DNA of 38,991 nucleotides from Saprolegnia diclina VS20 (taxonomy: Eukaryota). Position numbers and translations under genes: made by a program. The DNA is taken from assembly GCF_000281045.1 (NCBI RefSeq), contig NW_008246072.1, positions 927,256-966,246 of the forward strand. The letters are read 5' to 3'. This document shows, piece by piece, positions 1 through 11,490 of the stretch (positions are counted from its first letter, which is position 1; every line of letters begins with the position of its first letter). The notes under the pieces are model-generated. The model saw only the letters and a list, made by a program, of their open reading frames with translations. It was not told the origin of the DNA and made no database searches.

Positions 1-2424
1 CTGCTGCTCTTTCTGACCAACTTGTCGTTTGCATCGTGGTTCTTCTTCATTGCCATGATCGCGCCCGACTTGCACGTTGCCAAGCCGGTGGCGATGTTGT
101 CGATCTTGTTCTACATCTTGTTTGCGGGCTTTGTCATCTCGCCCTCGATCATGCCCGACTACTTTATCTGGATCTACTGGATCAACCCGCTCAGCTGGTG
201 CTTGCGTGCCCTCTCGATCAACCAGTACTCGTCGGGCGAGTTCCAAGTGCCGATCTACAAGGGCGTCAACTACATGAAGCTCAAGGGCGACACCATGGGC
301 AACGTCATGCTCAAGACGTTTGGTCTCCAGACGGACACGATCTGGATCTGGTATGGCGCCATTTACCTCGCCGCCATCTATGTCCTCTTCCTCGGCCTCG
401 CGTACCTCGCGCTCGAGTACAAGCGCTACGACGCGCCCGAGAACGTCTCGGTGACGGTCGAAGCAGAGGATGAAGAAGATGCCGGTGACGGGTACGTCAA
501 AGCGCCCAAGACACCGACAGACATTGGCAATGTGACCGATGACGTTGCCGTACATGTCGCCGGCTCAAGTTCGTTGTCGCCCTCCGTCGTCATGGCCTTT
601 AAGGACCTCTGGTACTCGGTGCCCAACCCGACCAAGGGCGAGCCCGACCTCCAGCTGCTCAAGGGCATCAACGGCTACGCTCTTCCCGGTACGATCACGG
701 CGCTCATGGGCTCGTCCGGCGCGGGCAAGACCACCTTGATGGATGTCATTGCCGGTCGCAAGACGGGCGGCAAGATCGAAGGCAACATTCTCCTCAACGG
801 GTACCCGGCCACGGACCTCGCGATGCGCCGTGCGACGGGCTACTGCGAGCAGATGGACATCCACAGCGAGAGCGCGACGTTCCGCGAGGCGTTCCAGTTC
901 AGCGCGATGCTCCGCCAGTCGGACGAGATCCCGACCGAAGAGAAGATGGCGTTTGCGGAAGAGTGCTTGGAGCTCCTTGACATGAAGAACCTCGGCGACA
1001 AGATCATTCGTGGCGCCTCGGTCGAGCAGATGAAGCGTCTGACGATCGGTGTCGAGCTCGCAGCGGCGCCAACGATGCTCTTCCTCGACGAGCCGACGTC
1101 CGGTCTTGACGCTCGCTCGGCCAAGATCATCATGACGGGCATTCGCAAGATCGCGTCGACGGGCCGCACGGTCGTCTGCACGATCCACCAGCCGTCGACC
1201 GAAGTGTTTGAGATGTTTGACTCGCTCCTCCTCCTCAAGCGCGGTGGCGAGACCGTCTTCTTTGGCGACCTCGGTACGCACGCCATCAACATGATCAACT
1301 ACTTCAAGTCGATTCCCAACACGCCGCCACTCATCGAGGGCGCCAACCCGGCGACATGGATGCTCGAGGTCATTGGCGCGGGTGTCGAGGCCAAGCACAC
1401 GGACCTCCCGCCCAACGACTATGTCCGCATCTTCAACGACTCGTCTGAGCGCTCGTACATGGACAAGGAGCTCGTCCACCATAAGCAGCCGCACCCGACG
1501 TTGCCCGAGCTCACGTTTGCCAACAAGCGCGCGGCGTCGTCGTCGACGCAGTTCAAGATGGTCACACAGCGCTTCTTCCGCATGTACTGGCGCACGCCCA
1601 CCTACAACTTCACTCGTGGCATGATGTCACTCGTGCTCGCCATCCTCTTTGGTCTCGTATACCGTGGTGTCGACTACACGACGTACATTGGCGCGACCGG
1701 TGGCGTCGGCATGGTGTTCATGACGTCGCTCTTTGTCGGTTTGATCTCGTTCAACAGTGTCCTCCCGCTCGCCTCGGAGGAGCGCAACTCGTTCTACCGC
1801 GAGCGCGCTTCGCAGACGTACAACGCGCTCTGGTACTTTGTCGGCTCGACGCTCGTGGAGATCCCATACTGCGTGGTCTCGACCTTCGTCTTCACGATCA
1901 TCTACTACCCGTTCGTCGGTTTGAACGAGTCGGTCGGCGCGTGTCTCTTCTACGGCCTCAACCTCTCGCTCCTCGTCTTGATGAACGTCTACTTTGGCCA
2001 GCTCATGTCGTACTGCATGCCCCGCGTCGACGTCGCCGCGCTCATGGGCGTCCTCCTCAACTCGATCTTCTTCCTCTTCATGGGCTACAACCCGCCCGCG
2101 TCGCAGATCCCGTCGGGCTATCGCTGGCTGTACCACATCACGCCGCCCAAGTACTCGGTCGCGCTTCTCGTCGCTGAGACGTTTGCCAAGTGCACGGACG
2201 GTACCCAGCTCGGTTGCCAGATCATGCCTGAAGACGGCGTCCCCCCGAGCCTCTTTGCCGAGTTTGGCACCAAGAAGATTCGCGTCAAGGACTACGTCGA
2301 GAAGGTCTACGAGATGAACTACGACGACCGGTGGTCCAACTTTTTCGCGGTCATCGGCTTCATTTTGCTCTGGCGCATCCTCGCGCTCCTCGCGCTGCGC
2401 TACATCAACCACCAAAAGAGATAA
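1..2424 (+). CDS. PDR-type full-size ABCG transporter, 5'-partial (end of TMD1, NBD2, TMD2); runs off the window start
   Basis: Open frame from base 1 to TAA at 2422-2424. NBD2 Walker A GSSGAGKTT, PDR-type degenerate signature GASVEQMKRL, Walker B LFLDEPTSGLD, H-loop CTIHQPS, NPATWMLEV, FYRER and C-terminal ALRYINHQKR. Confidence 0.97.
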   Translation: MLLFLTNLSFASWFFFIAMIAPDLHVAKPVAMLSILFYILFAGFVISPSIMPDYFIWIYWINPLSWCLRALSINQYSSGEFQVPIYKGVNYMKLKGDTMGNVMLKTFGLQTDTIWIWYGAIYLAAIYVLFLGLAYLALEYKRYDAPENVSVTVEAEDEEDAGDGYVKAPKTPTDIGNVTDDVAVHVAGSSSLSPSVVMAFKDLWYSVPNPTKGEPDLQLLKGINGYALPGTITALMGSSGAGKTTLMDVIAGRKTGGKIEGNILLNGYPATDLAMRRATGYCEQMDIHSESATFREAFQFSAMLRQSDEIPTEEKMAFAEECLELLDMKNLGDKIIRGASVEQMKRLTIGVELAAAPTMLFLDEPTSGLDARSAKIIMTGIRKIASTGRTVVCTIHQPSTEVFEMFDSLLLLKRGGETVFFGDLGTHAINMINYFKSIPNTPPLIEGANPATWMLEVIGAGVEAKHTDLPPNDYVRIFNDSSERSYMDKELVHHKQPHPTLPELTFANKRAASSSTQFKMVTQRFFRMYWRTPTYNFTRGMMSLVLAILFGLVYRGVDYTTYIGATGGVGMVFMTSLFVGLISFNSVLPLASEERNSFYRERASQTYNALWYFVGSTLVEIPYCVVSTFVFTIIYYPFVGLNESVGACLFYGLNLSLLVLMNVYFGQLMSYCMPRVDVAALMGVLLNSIFFLFMGYNPPASQIPSGYRWLYHITPPKYSVALLVAETFAKCTDGTQLGCQIMPEDGVPPSLFAEFGTKKIRVKDYVEKVYEMNYDDRWSNFFAVIGFILLWRILALLALRYINHQKR

Positions 2425-2555
2425 GCAGTGACTGCTCGTGAATACATTTATCCTGTACGTGATTTCCACGGTGTGTACGGTGCCATCACCACGCCAAAGA
2501 GGCGCTACGCAAGCAAATTAGATCACGTTGGGAAGTTCAATGTCTATGGATCCAT

Positions 2556-5500
2556 TTAAAGCGCCGCTTCCTCAAACGCGACTTTGAACACGTCGTCGTA
2601 GACCTTAGCAAAGTGCACGTCAAGACCTTCCTTGAGGTAGTCGGGCAGCTCATCGTGGTCCTTGCGGTTGCCCGCTGGAAGCACGATCGTCGTCACATCG
2701 GCACGTCGAGCCGCGATCACCTTCTCCTTGATACCGCCCACCGGCAACACTTTGCCCGTCAACGAGAGCTCGCCCGTCATAGCAAGATTGGATTTCACAG
2801 GCCTACGTGCATCGTTATAAGACTCTTGTCGCACGATTCTTGGTAAGCATACTTGTTCATCGCGAGCGAGAGGAGGGCCGTCACCATGGTGCATCCTGCC
2901 GACGGACCGTCCTTGGGCGTCGCCCCTTCCGGCACGTGCAAGTGCAGATCGGCTTCAAAGAAGGTGTTCTCGGGTTCCACCTAAGGCGCAGTCAATGTTG
3001 TGAGGATATGGGCGACATATGTGGTGGTAGTCGCGCACCTGCTCGAGCTTGTGGCGGGCATAGGTGTGTGCAATCCGCGTGCTCTCTTCCATGACGCTGC
3101 CCATTTGACCCGTCGTGACAAGCGAGCCCTTGCCGCCTAGAGGACTCATATGTGGGCAACCAAGCAGTCAAGCGGACGACGCACCCTTGGTTTGCACCGT
3201 TGTGGTTTCGATGTACAGCGACGAGCCACCCATGGCAGTCCACGCCAGACCCATGACAACACCAGGCTGTAACGCTTCGTACATGCGCTCCCTAGAAGAG
3301 AAATGGTTTGTGAGACCTCGTGCCTCGAGCAAAGTATGGATCGTACGAGGTAAATCGGGGCTGGCCCACATATTTCTGGAGGCCATCGGGTGTGATGCAA
3401 TAGTCTTTTACGTCCTTCTCGTCCTTGGCCATGTTTTCGACCACCTCAAGCGCGACCTTGCGGAAAATCTTTTCAATGTGCTGCTCAAGGTTGCGCACGC
3501 CAGCTTCCCGGCAGTACCTACACATCAAACATAAGCCACGCGGTCCGTGCAAATATTTTTGTTTCGCACCGCTTGACAAGATCCATAATGGTATCGTCCG
3601 TGAGCGACAACGACGCCGGGGCATGCTCGCTCTTCAAGCCACTCTTCTCGAGCGTCTTGGGTACGAGATATTGCTTGGCAATGGCAACCTTCTCGGGGGC
3701 GTCGTATCCCGAAAGTCGGATGACTTCCATACGATCGAGGAGCGGACCCGGGATCGTGTCGGTGACGTTGGCAGTGCACACAAAGAGGACCCGAGACAAA
3801 TCCACGGGCACGTCCAAGTAGTGGTCGACAAACGACGTGTTTTGCGACGGGTCAAGAAGCTCGAGGAGCGCCGAGGCAGGATCGCCAGTGTGGCCGCGAC
3901 CGAGTTTGTCGATTTCATCAATGAGGATGAGCGGGTTGGAGCTCTGCGTCGTCTTGAGACACTGGATAACCTTGCCCGGCATCGCGCCAACGTACGTCCG
4001 GCGATGGCCCTTGATCTCGGCTACGTCACTAAGACCGCCGACCGAGAAACGGTAGAACTCGCGGTTCAACGACGAAGCAATCGACTTGCCGATGCTAGTT
4101 TTGCCGACACCTGGCGGGCCCACGAGGCAAATGATGCGCCCTTGGACTTGGCCTACGTATGCATATTGGTGAACACAATAATTGAGGAAGAAACAAGTGG
4201 TACCGAGGAGTTTGGAAACAGCGATGAACTCGAGGATACGCTGCTTGACGTCGCCAAGACCATAGTGGTCCGCGTCCAAGATCGCCTTGGCCGCCACAAT
4301 GTCAAAGTTCTCGGTCGTTGACTTGCCCCACGGCAGAAGCGTGAGCCAGTCGAGGTAGTTGCGCGTGACGTTGAACTCGGACGAGTTCTTTTCGAGCATC
4401 GAGAGCTTGTTCATTTCGTCGTCGATGACTTCAAGGACGGCGTCGGGAATGTGGCTTTGGCGCTCCGTGTTGCTATCGGTCTCGGCCGTCCCTTCGCCGG
4501 CTTCCGGAAGCGGCACCAAGAATGCGTCGAGGCGCTGGCGGAACTTGGAGAGCATCGCATCCTTGTCGTCCTTCTCCATGCCGAGCTCCTTCTTGATCGT
4601 CTTGAGCTGCTCCATGAGAAGGTACTGGCGCTGGTTCTTGGACACTTTCTCTTCCACTTGCTCCTTGATCGACTGCTGGACGCGCGAGAGCTCTGTTTCC
4701 TTGGTCACGAGCTCGAGCGCCTTCTGCAAACGACGCTCGCAGTCCATCTCTTCCAAGACGCTCTGGAGCTCTTCCGCATCAGCCGTCGTGATCTACGCGT
4801 CCTGAGCATTGCATGTAATGAGGAAGAAGCAACATACCGACGCCGCAAAATCCGCCAACAAGAACGGGTTGTTGATGTCGATGCGCTGGCTAAAGTACTG
4901 GATGTGCTCCTTGAAGAGCGGGTTGAGCTTCACGATCTCACGGAGCGTCGCGACGATTTCATTCGAGTAGGCCTTGATCATCTTGTTCTTCTTGTCGTAC
5001 GACGGGTTCGTCAGCGGCGAGATGGCCACGCGGAGCGGGTTGACGCCGCTATCATATCTATGAGGTGGCATGCATTTCGGCGATGTTGCATGTACCTGTC
5101 GTGGATCCCGTCGATCGTAATCCGGCGCTGCCCCGTCAGCAGAATTTGCATCGCATGGTTGTTCTCAAAGCCAATCATGTTGTCGATACGCGCATAGTTG
5201 CCCACATGATGAATGTTATCGAGGGTCGTGACCAAGTCCTCGCCTTGCTGGTTCGCCAGGCCCGTGTATCCCATCTCTTCCTATGCACCGCGAGAGATCC
5301 ATGCCAAGTTCCATTCGTAGCATCGTCGTCCTACCTTGGAGGCAGCCTTGGCCGCGTCCTTCTTGAGGAAGACACCCACGTACTTTTGGCCGCTGTCACG
5401 CAGCGCTTGGAGCGCCTTGGACACCTCGGGGTTCGTGATCGTCATGGGCAGGATCACGCCGGGAAAGAGCGGGCGCTTGTGCGTCGGGAGCACGAGCACG

Positions 5501-5778
5501 TGGGGTACCAAGGGCGCGTTCTCACCCTCTCCCACTGGCGCGATCGTCTTCGACGACGACTTGGTTGTCCCATCGACCACGTCGTCCTCGTCGCCCTCAT
5601 CGTCCTCGTCGTCCCCTACGAGTTGCATGTCGTTGGAACGCCCATGGTTCCATGGACGCGTACCTCGGTGATCGCAGAACCCGCGCATCCACAGGGCCGA
5701 TGTCGATGGAGCGAATGGACGCCGGTAGGCCGTCGTCAAGCGCGACCCCAAGCATCGCTTCACCCCCGCGGCCAGCAT
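2556..5778 (-). CDS. LONP1: Mitochondrial Lon protease (LONP1/PIM1 type), 10 exons
   Basis: ATG at 5778 starts a basic presequence ([22 protein letters not shown]). Motifs: RPLFPG, Walker [19 protein letters not shown], Walker [10 protein letters not shown], catalytic PKDGPSAG and GGIKEK. Frame-restoring GT-AG introns at 5281-5334, 5058-5095, 4793-4837, 4153-4203, 3518-3569, 3292-3346, 3137-3184, 2981-3038 and 2803-2852. Confidence 0.96.
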
Positions 5779-5966
5779 CGTACTATTGGGATTGTTCTCG
5801 AAGTTGATGAATTCGAGTGAAACCAGAATAACTGTGGTGGAGCGTCGTTGGAATCGCATGGTATTTGAAATCAAAGATAACGCCATTGTCTTCTTATTTG
5901 TATGTTACATTGATCTCATCGTATTTAAATACGCCGCGTTTGGAGGCAAACGAGCTCTGCGACACA

Positions 5967-5991
5967 CGATTGGCTCTTTTTTAGCCAATCG
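5967..5991. promoter_or_regulatory. Pair of inverted CCAAT boxes upstream of Lon
   Basis: cgattggct-(7 nt)-agccaatcg, a perfect 9-bp inverted repeat about 190 bp upstream of the Lon ATG. Confidence 0.5.
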
Positions 5992-6376
5992 CATGCATTA
6001 TAAACGCGTGAAATTGGCGCGCGATCCAGCGATCGTCGAGCACTGCAGTAGCCTTCATCGCATGCAATGGCACGAAGGGCTACGAAGGCCAGAGCTCGGT
6101 GCTCCTGCAGAGAGGTCTACCAGGCAGTATTGCAGCGACGCCACAGACAGTGGGACCATAGGATACTCGGGATCTTGATGTGCGGTGCAGCGACCCTTGA
6201 TGATGGGTGATTGCAGCCAAGCATCTCACGGCCTGCCGCCATGCTAACCATAGGTGCTGGTCGTTGCTTGCTTCTTCACGGAGGTCAATAGATGCAAAAA
6301 GGGCTTTGAAAGGGCCATATATAATTAAGAACCTACTACTTCTAACGCGACCGCGGACGGGACTTTACACAAAGAT

Positions 6377-7287
6377 TCACTCCATGTCGAGGTTGAAACG
6401 AATCGGCGCCACGTCGGCGACCGACGCGAGACGCTCCTTGATGGGCGTGTCGTCGTAGCACGAGACAGTCATCTCGCTTTCGCAGTCGCTGTCGGTTTGG
6501 TCGAATTCAACACCCATCGAGCAATCTTTTTCCGCCGCCATTGCCTAGGCGCATGCATGAGTCATGATGTCAATCCTCGTGCCAAGGTACCTGGACAGCG
6601 AGTTGCATGGTAGGCAGCTTTTGGAGCAGCATCGTAATGACGTTCTGCGCAAAGTGCTGGAGCGAAGTCGCGTCGTTGTGCACTTGCATGTCCCACGGGA
6701 ACGAGTTGTAGAACGCGAGGCAGTCCTCCATCTTGGAGCGCTTGTGCTCGGCGTAGCGCACGCGTTCGGGCTCGAGCTGGAGGCGGTGCTGGATGCGGCT
6801 CCAGAGAAGCTCCTTCTCGACGTTCACATGCACGGTAAGGAACTGAACGTTGGCAAAGTCGGCAACCTCCTTCATTTGCGCACGGATGACTTGGTCGAGG
6901 AGGTGGCCATGCGTCGCGTAAAAGACAGCGCTGAATGGCGAGCGGTCGGCGAAGAAGACCTGGTTCTTATTGCGGTCGTGGCGCGCCAGCGTCAAGACGC
7001 GGTCAAACCTATCGGCGCCGCACATGAGTCATGTTATATTCGCGCGGCCAAGTCAACGTACCAGGCGCAGACCCACTTGGTCTCCATAAAGAGCGACTGC
7101 GGATGCAGCGAATGCGCAGGCATGTCGAGGAAGTTTTCGTCGAGGACGCGGAAGCCCATGTTGCTCACTTCCTTGCAGAGCGACGTCTTGCCGCTACCTG
7201 TGGGCCATAGCACATGTCCATGAGCCATCGGTTCCTGTGCCATGGCGACCGCGCACCGTGGCAGCCTTCGAAGCAGATGACGAGCAT
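6377..7287 (-). CDS. P-loop kinase of the deoxynucleoside/thymidylate kinase type, 4 exons
   Basis: Spliced N-terminus MLVICFEGCHGSGKTS (Walker A), FFADRSPFS (DRS motif), lid-like RIQHR. Introns 7198-7256, 7009-7061 and 6545-6590 keep the frame; stop TGA at 6377-6379. Confidence 0.8.
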
Positions 7288-8753
7288 GGTCGGTGGTGGG
7301 CCAATCGGGAAATGACCGACTTCGCCACCTCGCCGGTCGATTCGAATTTTCAAGCGTTCAAACGGCCCGCGCCGCGGCGATGGCAATCCAAGCCGGCGCG
7401 CAATCTACCTCGCTCTTTGTATGCAATAAAATAAATCCAACGGCTAATGAACCGGGCTTCGTAACCGTTCGGTTCAAATGGGCCAGTTCTGAAACCGCGG
7501 CCCAAAGCGCGCGGGCGTCGGCCATCGCGGTCTTGCGCGGGCTTTCTTTTGCACCAATGAGCGACGCTTCCGCCATGACACAGGCTATGGATTGGTTTAA
7601 ATTACGTCCAGTCAGCGACCAGAAGACCTCGGATTGGCTGCGGTCCCGCGAGTGGACACCAACCTGTGCGGGAGAGTGTTTAAATTTCCCGCGCGAAGCA
7701 TAGCAAGGCAGCATGTGCAACAGCCAAACTCAACAAATGGAAGCGCCAACCCAAGATCGAAGCCCCGCCTATGCGATAAGATTCGCCCAACGCCTTACTA
7801 CCTACATTTACGCACAGAGAATGGCTCATGGAATCGACCAGGCATAGGGCATGGACAAATGGTGTGCCTACATGTACTAAATGTCGGTGCGAAACGAACG
7901 ACGGACTGAGCTCAGTCATGTGGTCACGGCTGCATTCGAGAGGTCATGGTATTGCATCTTGTCGACGTTAGAGCCAACGACAGAAGTGAAGGAAACAAGA
8001 TTCCTTTGGGACAATGATAGCCTCGATGGGAGCCCGTTGGCAACGCAAGCGGCGCTGCATGATCCTGCGCCACGTGGTATTAGCTGTGAGCTGGTCGGGC
8101 AGGCAATAGACATATCCATTCACCGAGACTGTCAAGCGAAAGACTCAGGATGCGATCGCATTCAGCATTCATGGCGGTCAATCCATCGACGGACGTGCTG
8201 CCACGTCATTCGAACGCAAGGCGCTTGTATGGTACACTGTACCTACATGTATTCTAACCTGTCAATGAATAAAGCGCCAAGCAGAGCGCGACGCGGACGG
8301 TGGCGCCGCGCTACTGACCACGATATTCTCCACCTGGACACCACCACAGCCACTGCGCACAACAACCACAGCGGGCGCATCTTCAAGTAACATACCTCGC
8401 ATTCGTCAGGAAGAGCTGAAGAGCATGTCCACTTGTCGAGAATCCTCAAGAAGGATGTTGTCTCCCACAACCACACAATGATATGCTTTCCAGTAGCACC
8501 TTGAGTGGTTGTTGGGTGCCAATATCTTGTGCGTCTGCAACAATCCAACCCCAATATATTCAAAAGCACACAAGCAGCAGTGCTGTGTGGTTGAGTTCGT
8601 CCCACAGGAACAACAAACATCTACACGCGCAGTCGCAATTCACTTTTTTCAAGCTACAGGCTCCCTTGTACAGCGTTGTGGTGCGATCGTCACCTGGCAT
8701 CAATTCGCAGGGACACGCGACCGATCTCTTCAAGCAGAGGTTCATTATTCAAA

Positions 8754-9733
8754 ATGCAAACAATCAGCCCCGTGACCGAGACGACGCACCTCACCGCTCC
8801 CAAGCTGCTGGACGACAATGCAGCGGTCGCCATGGTTGCCGAGCGCCCGGAGCTCACGTGGGAGATTGTGTGGGCCAAAACTGACGTGAGCGCCCATGTC
8901 CGGCGGCACTTGCTTCGCGTCTACATGACGCTTGGATGCATGCTTCTCTTTGCCGCTTTGGGAGTCGTGCTCGACTTGATCTGGCCTGTGCACCCCGCCA
9001 TCACGGGCCTTGCGATCGCGATGCCACTGATGCTCCTCATCGCCTACACGTCGCCCGAGTTGGTCGTTCTCCGCGTAAGTGGTGCCATGCTGCTCGCCAC
9101 TGCGCTCGGCGCCAGCATTGGCGGCACGGTCCAACATGCGCTGTCCGTCGACTCGTCCCTTGTCGGCGTCGCCTTGTACACTCTTTGGATATATACCGCA
9201 TGGGTAATCACGGACTTGTGTCTTGTAGTGGCTGCACGATGCTCATCTTTGTCGTTATGAGTTTGTGCGCTTACTGCGGTGCGCCCCAAATCTGTGCATC
9301 GCGCAAGCTCATGCAAATATGGTGTAGCGACGCGCCGCAGTGCGCTCTTCCTTTATGGCTTTCTCGTCTCGGCGCTGCTCGTGCTTTTGGCCGTCGGCAT
9401 TGCCAACATATTTATCCAGTCCAAGCTGCTCGTCTGGCTCGGTTTGGTACGTCTCGGGCCCTGTACTCAGACTCATTTTTGTTTCGTAGTATGTGGGCCT
9501 TGTGCTCTTCTCCATCTTTGTGATTGTCGATACGCAGCTCATCATTGAGCGCATCATGTTTGGCGAAGACGACTTTGTCGAGCATGCGCTCGACCTCTTC
9601 ACGGGTACGTCGCCATTTTCTTATTGAACACAAGACGACTAAGATACTCTGCGTAGATATTGTCGGTATTTTCGTGCGCCTGTTGACACTCCTCTCGAGC
9701 GACGACGATGACGACGATGACGACGACGAATAG
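8754..9733 (+). CDS. Bax inhibitor-1 (TMBIM6-like) membrane protein, copy 1, 5 exons
   Basis: VRRHLLRVYMTL, several TM helices, VDTQLIIER...GEDDFVEHALDLFTDIVGIFVRLL. Introns 9176-9228, 9279-9327, 9447-9489 and 9605-9656. Confidence 0.9.
9701..9730 (+). repeat. (GAC/GAT)n coding microsatellite encoding the poly-Asp C-terminus of BI-1 copy 1
   Basis: gacgacgatgacgacgatgacgacgacgaa directly before TAG. Confidence 0.85.
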
Positions 9734-10331
9734 AACCCAAAGGACAAGGCAGGGTAGACTCTCGGGATCTATGATAAATACATTGCGTCGAAATAGTTTT
9801 GGATCGACCTTGCTCTGATGGCGGAGTGGTCGCGTATGGACTGGTGGTGCATGAAACAGCGTCGTCGATAACTCTACTAGCGTCACGGCCCAACAACGCC
9901 CTTCTTTGGTTGGCCTTTCCGTTGGGCAAACTTGCTTCAGGATCGACCGCCTCGCCGCCACTCTCGGTACAGCATGCATTGACAAGAAGACGAAGGACTT
10001 ACGCCTGAATTTTTTGTGCGGAGAATCCTATTAGTGAAAACCTCAAAATTGGGTTTAGTTAGTTATTGTGAGGAAAATCGAGGTTTGGGGTAAATTCGCG
10101 AGGTGTGTTGTTTTGAGGTTTACGGTAAGACTGCGGATCTCGCAATCTGGCAACAAGGGTATACAAGAGATGCTATACCACGCTATACCCTTGCTACTGG
10201 TAGCAACAACAACACATATACACGTGTGTACATTCATTTCCCAAAATTCAGGCAGCCGTACCATCTGATTGGTCGTTGCGGAATGCAGGTCAACAATCGG
10301 GTTCATCGGTTGTGAGCTCGTAGTGTTTTCG

Positions 10332-10377
10332 CAACAATCGGCACTTTTCAGAAACAACAATCGGCACTCTTCAGAAA
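10332..10377 (+). repeat. 23-bp tandem duplication just upstream of BI-1 copy 2
   Basis: caacaatcggcacttttcagaaa followed by caacaatcggcactcttcagaaa (1 mismatch), ending 8 nt before the ATG at 10386. Confidence 0.85.
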
Positions 10378-10385
10378 CCCGAGCT

Positions 10386-11375
10386 ATGACGCGTGTGGAA
10401 AGGTCGAGAAGCTTGGATAGCGGCGCTGAGCAAGCAAGCGGCAAGAAGGAAGGAATGCCTGTCACAGCGACGCCTCTCGGTCCCGCCGTGAGCATGGGCA
10501 CGGGGCGCCCGCAGCTCACGTGGGATCTCGTGTTTGAGATGAGCGACGTGAGCGGGCACGTGCGTCGCCACTTGCTTCGCGTCTACACAACCCTTGGACT
10601 TATGGTACTCTTTGCCGCTATTGGCGTCCTCCTCGACTTGCGCTGGCCCGTACATCCGGCCATCACGGGGCTCGTCATCGGGTTGCCACTTTTGTTTGCC
10701 ATCATGTGCACGCCGCCCGCGCGGCTCGCCTTTCGCCTGACATGTGCGATGCTCCTAGCCACCTCCATGGGCGCCAGCATCGGCAACTCAGTGCAGCACG
10801 CCCTCGCCATCGACCCGGCCCTCATCGGTCTCGCCTTGTACCATCCTCTCTCCTCTTGGCCGATGCACTCACTCTTGTCTAGTGGCTGCACAACGTTGAT
10901 TTTTGTCACGATGAGTCTCTGCGCTTATTTCGGTGCGTGGCACCAGTGACTATGTGGTACTATCGCATTTGTGCTACATTAGCCACGCACCGGGCCTCGT
11001 TCTTCCTCTACGGGTTCCTCTCGTCAGCATTGCTGCCGCTGATTGTCCTCAGTGTCGCCGCCGACTTTATCCACTCGCCCTTCCTCGTCTATGTCAGCCT
11101 CGTACGTCGCTACTTCATGGATGTTTCAACGGTATTCAAGATGGGAGTAGTATGCCGGTCTTTTGCTCTTCTCGCTCTTCATCATCGTCGACACCCAGCT
11201 CATGATTGAGCGTGCCATCTGCGGCGAAGACGACTTTGTGTGGCATGCGCTCGACCTCTTCCTCGGTACAGTTGCGATATCGTGGTCCATGGAGCCGCTC
11301 ATGAACACATGAGTAGATGTCATCAACATTTTCGTGCGCATTTTGGCCATTTTCAACGTCACGAACGACGACTAA
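10386..11375 (+). CDS. Bax inhibitor-1 (TMBIM6-like) membrane protein, copy 2, 5 exons
   Basis: Paralog of copy 1 with the same intron positions (10838-10882, 10933-10982, 11102-11150, 11266-11316). VDTQLMIER...HALDLFLDVINIFVRIL; ends NVTNDD*. The true start could be a downstream Met. Confidence 0.88.
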
Positions 11376-11490
11376 CCGTGTAATCCCAAGGGACTCGATC
11401 CATACTTGCTCAACACCCAACGCAGACTCGCAAGAAGCGCGGATGCCTCGTTTCCACACAACTAAAATCGTGTCATATAGTCTGTTTGTC

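Noticed and set aside
1012..1041. Non-canonical ABC signature GASVEQMKRL in NBD2
   Set aside because: A degenerate NBD2 signature is normal for PDR-type ABCG transporters and is not a sign of inactivation.
565..1494. 309-aa antisense ORF over the first ABCG gene, and similar ones at 24122-25249, 28189-29406, 29701-30753 and 30760-32133
   Set aside because: Shadow ORFs produced by strong GC3 codon bias on the coding strand; no recognisable motifs. Their recurrence only mirrors the paralogy.
7330..7480. B-box-like strings (gattcgaat, ggttcaaat) and a 7-bp hairpin
   Set aside because: No tRNA cloverleaf can be folded; this is the upstream region of the kinase gene.
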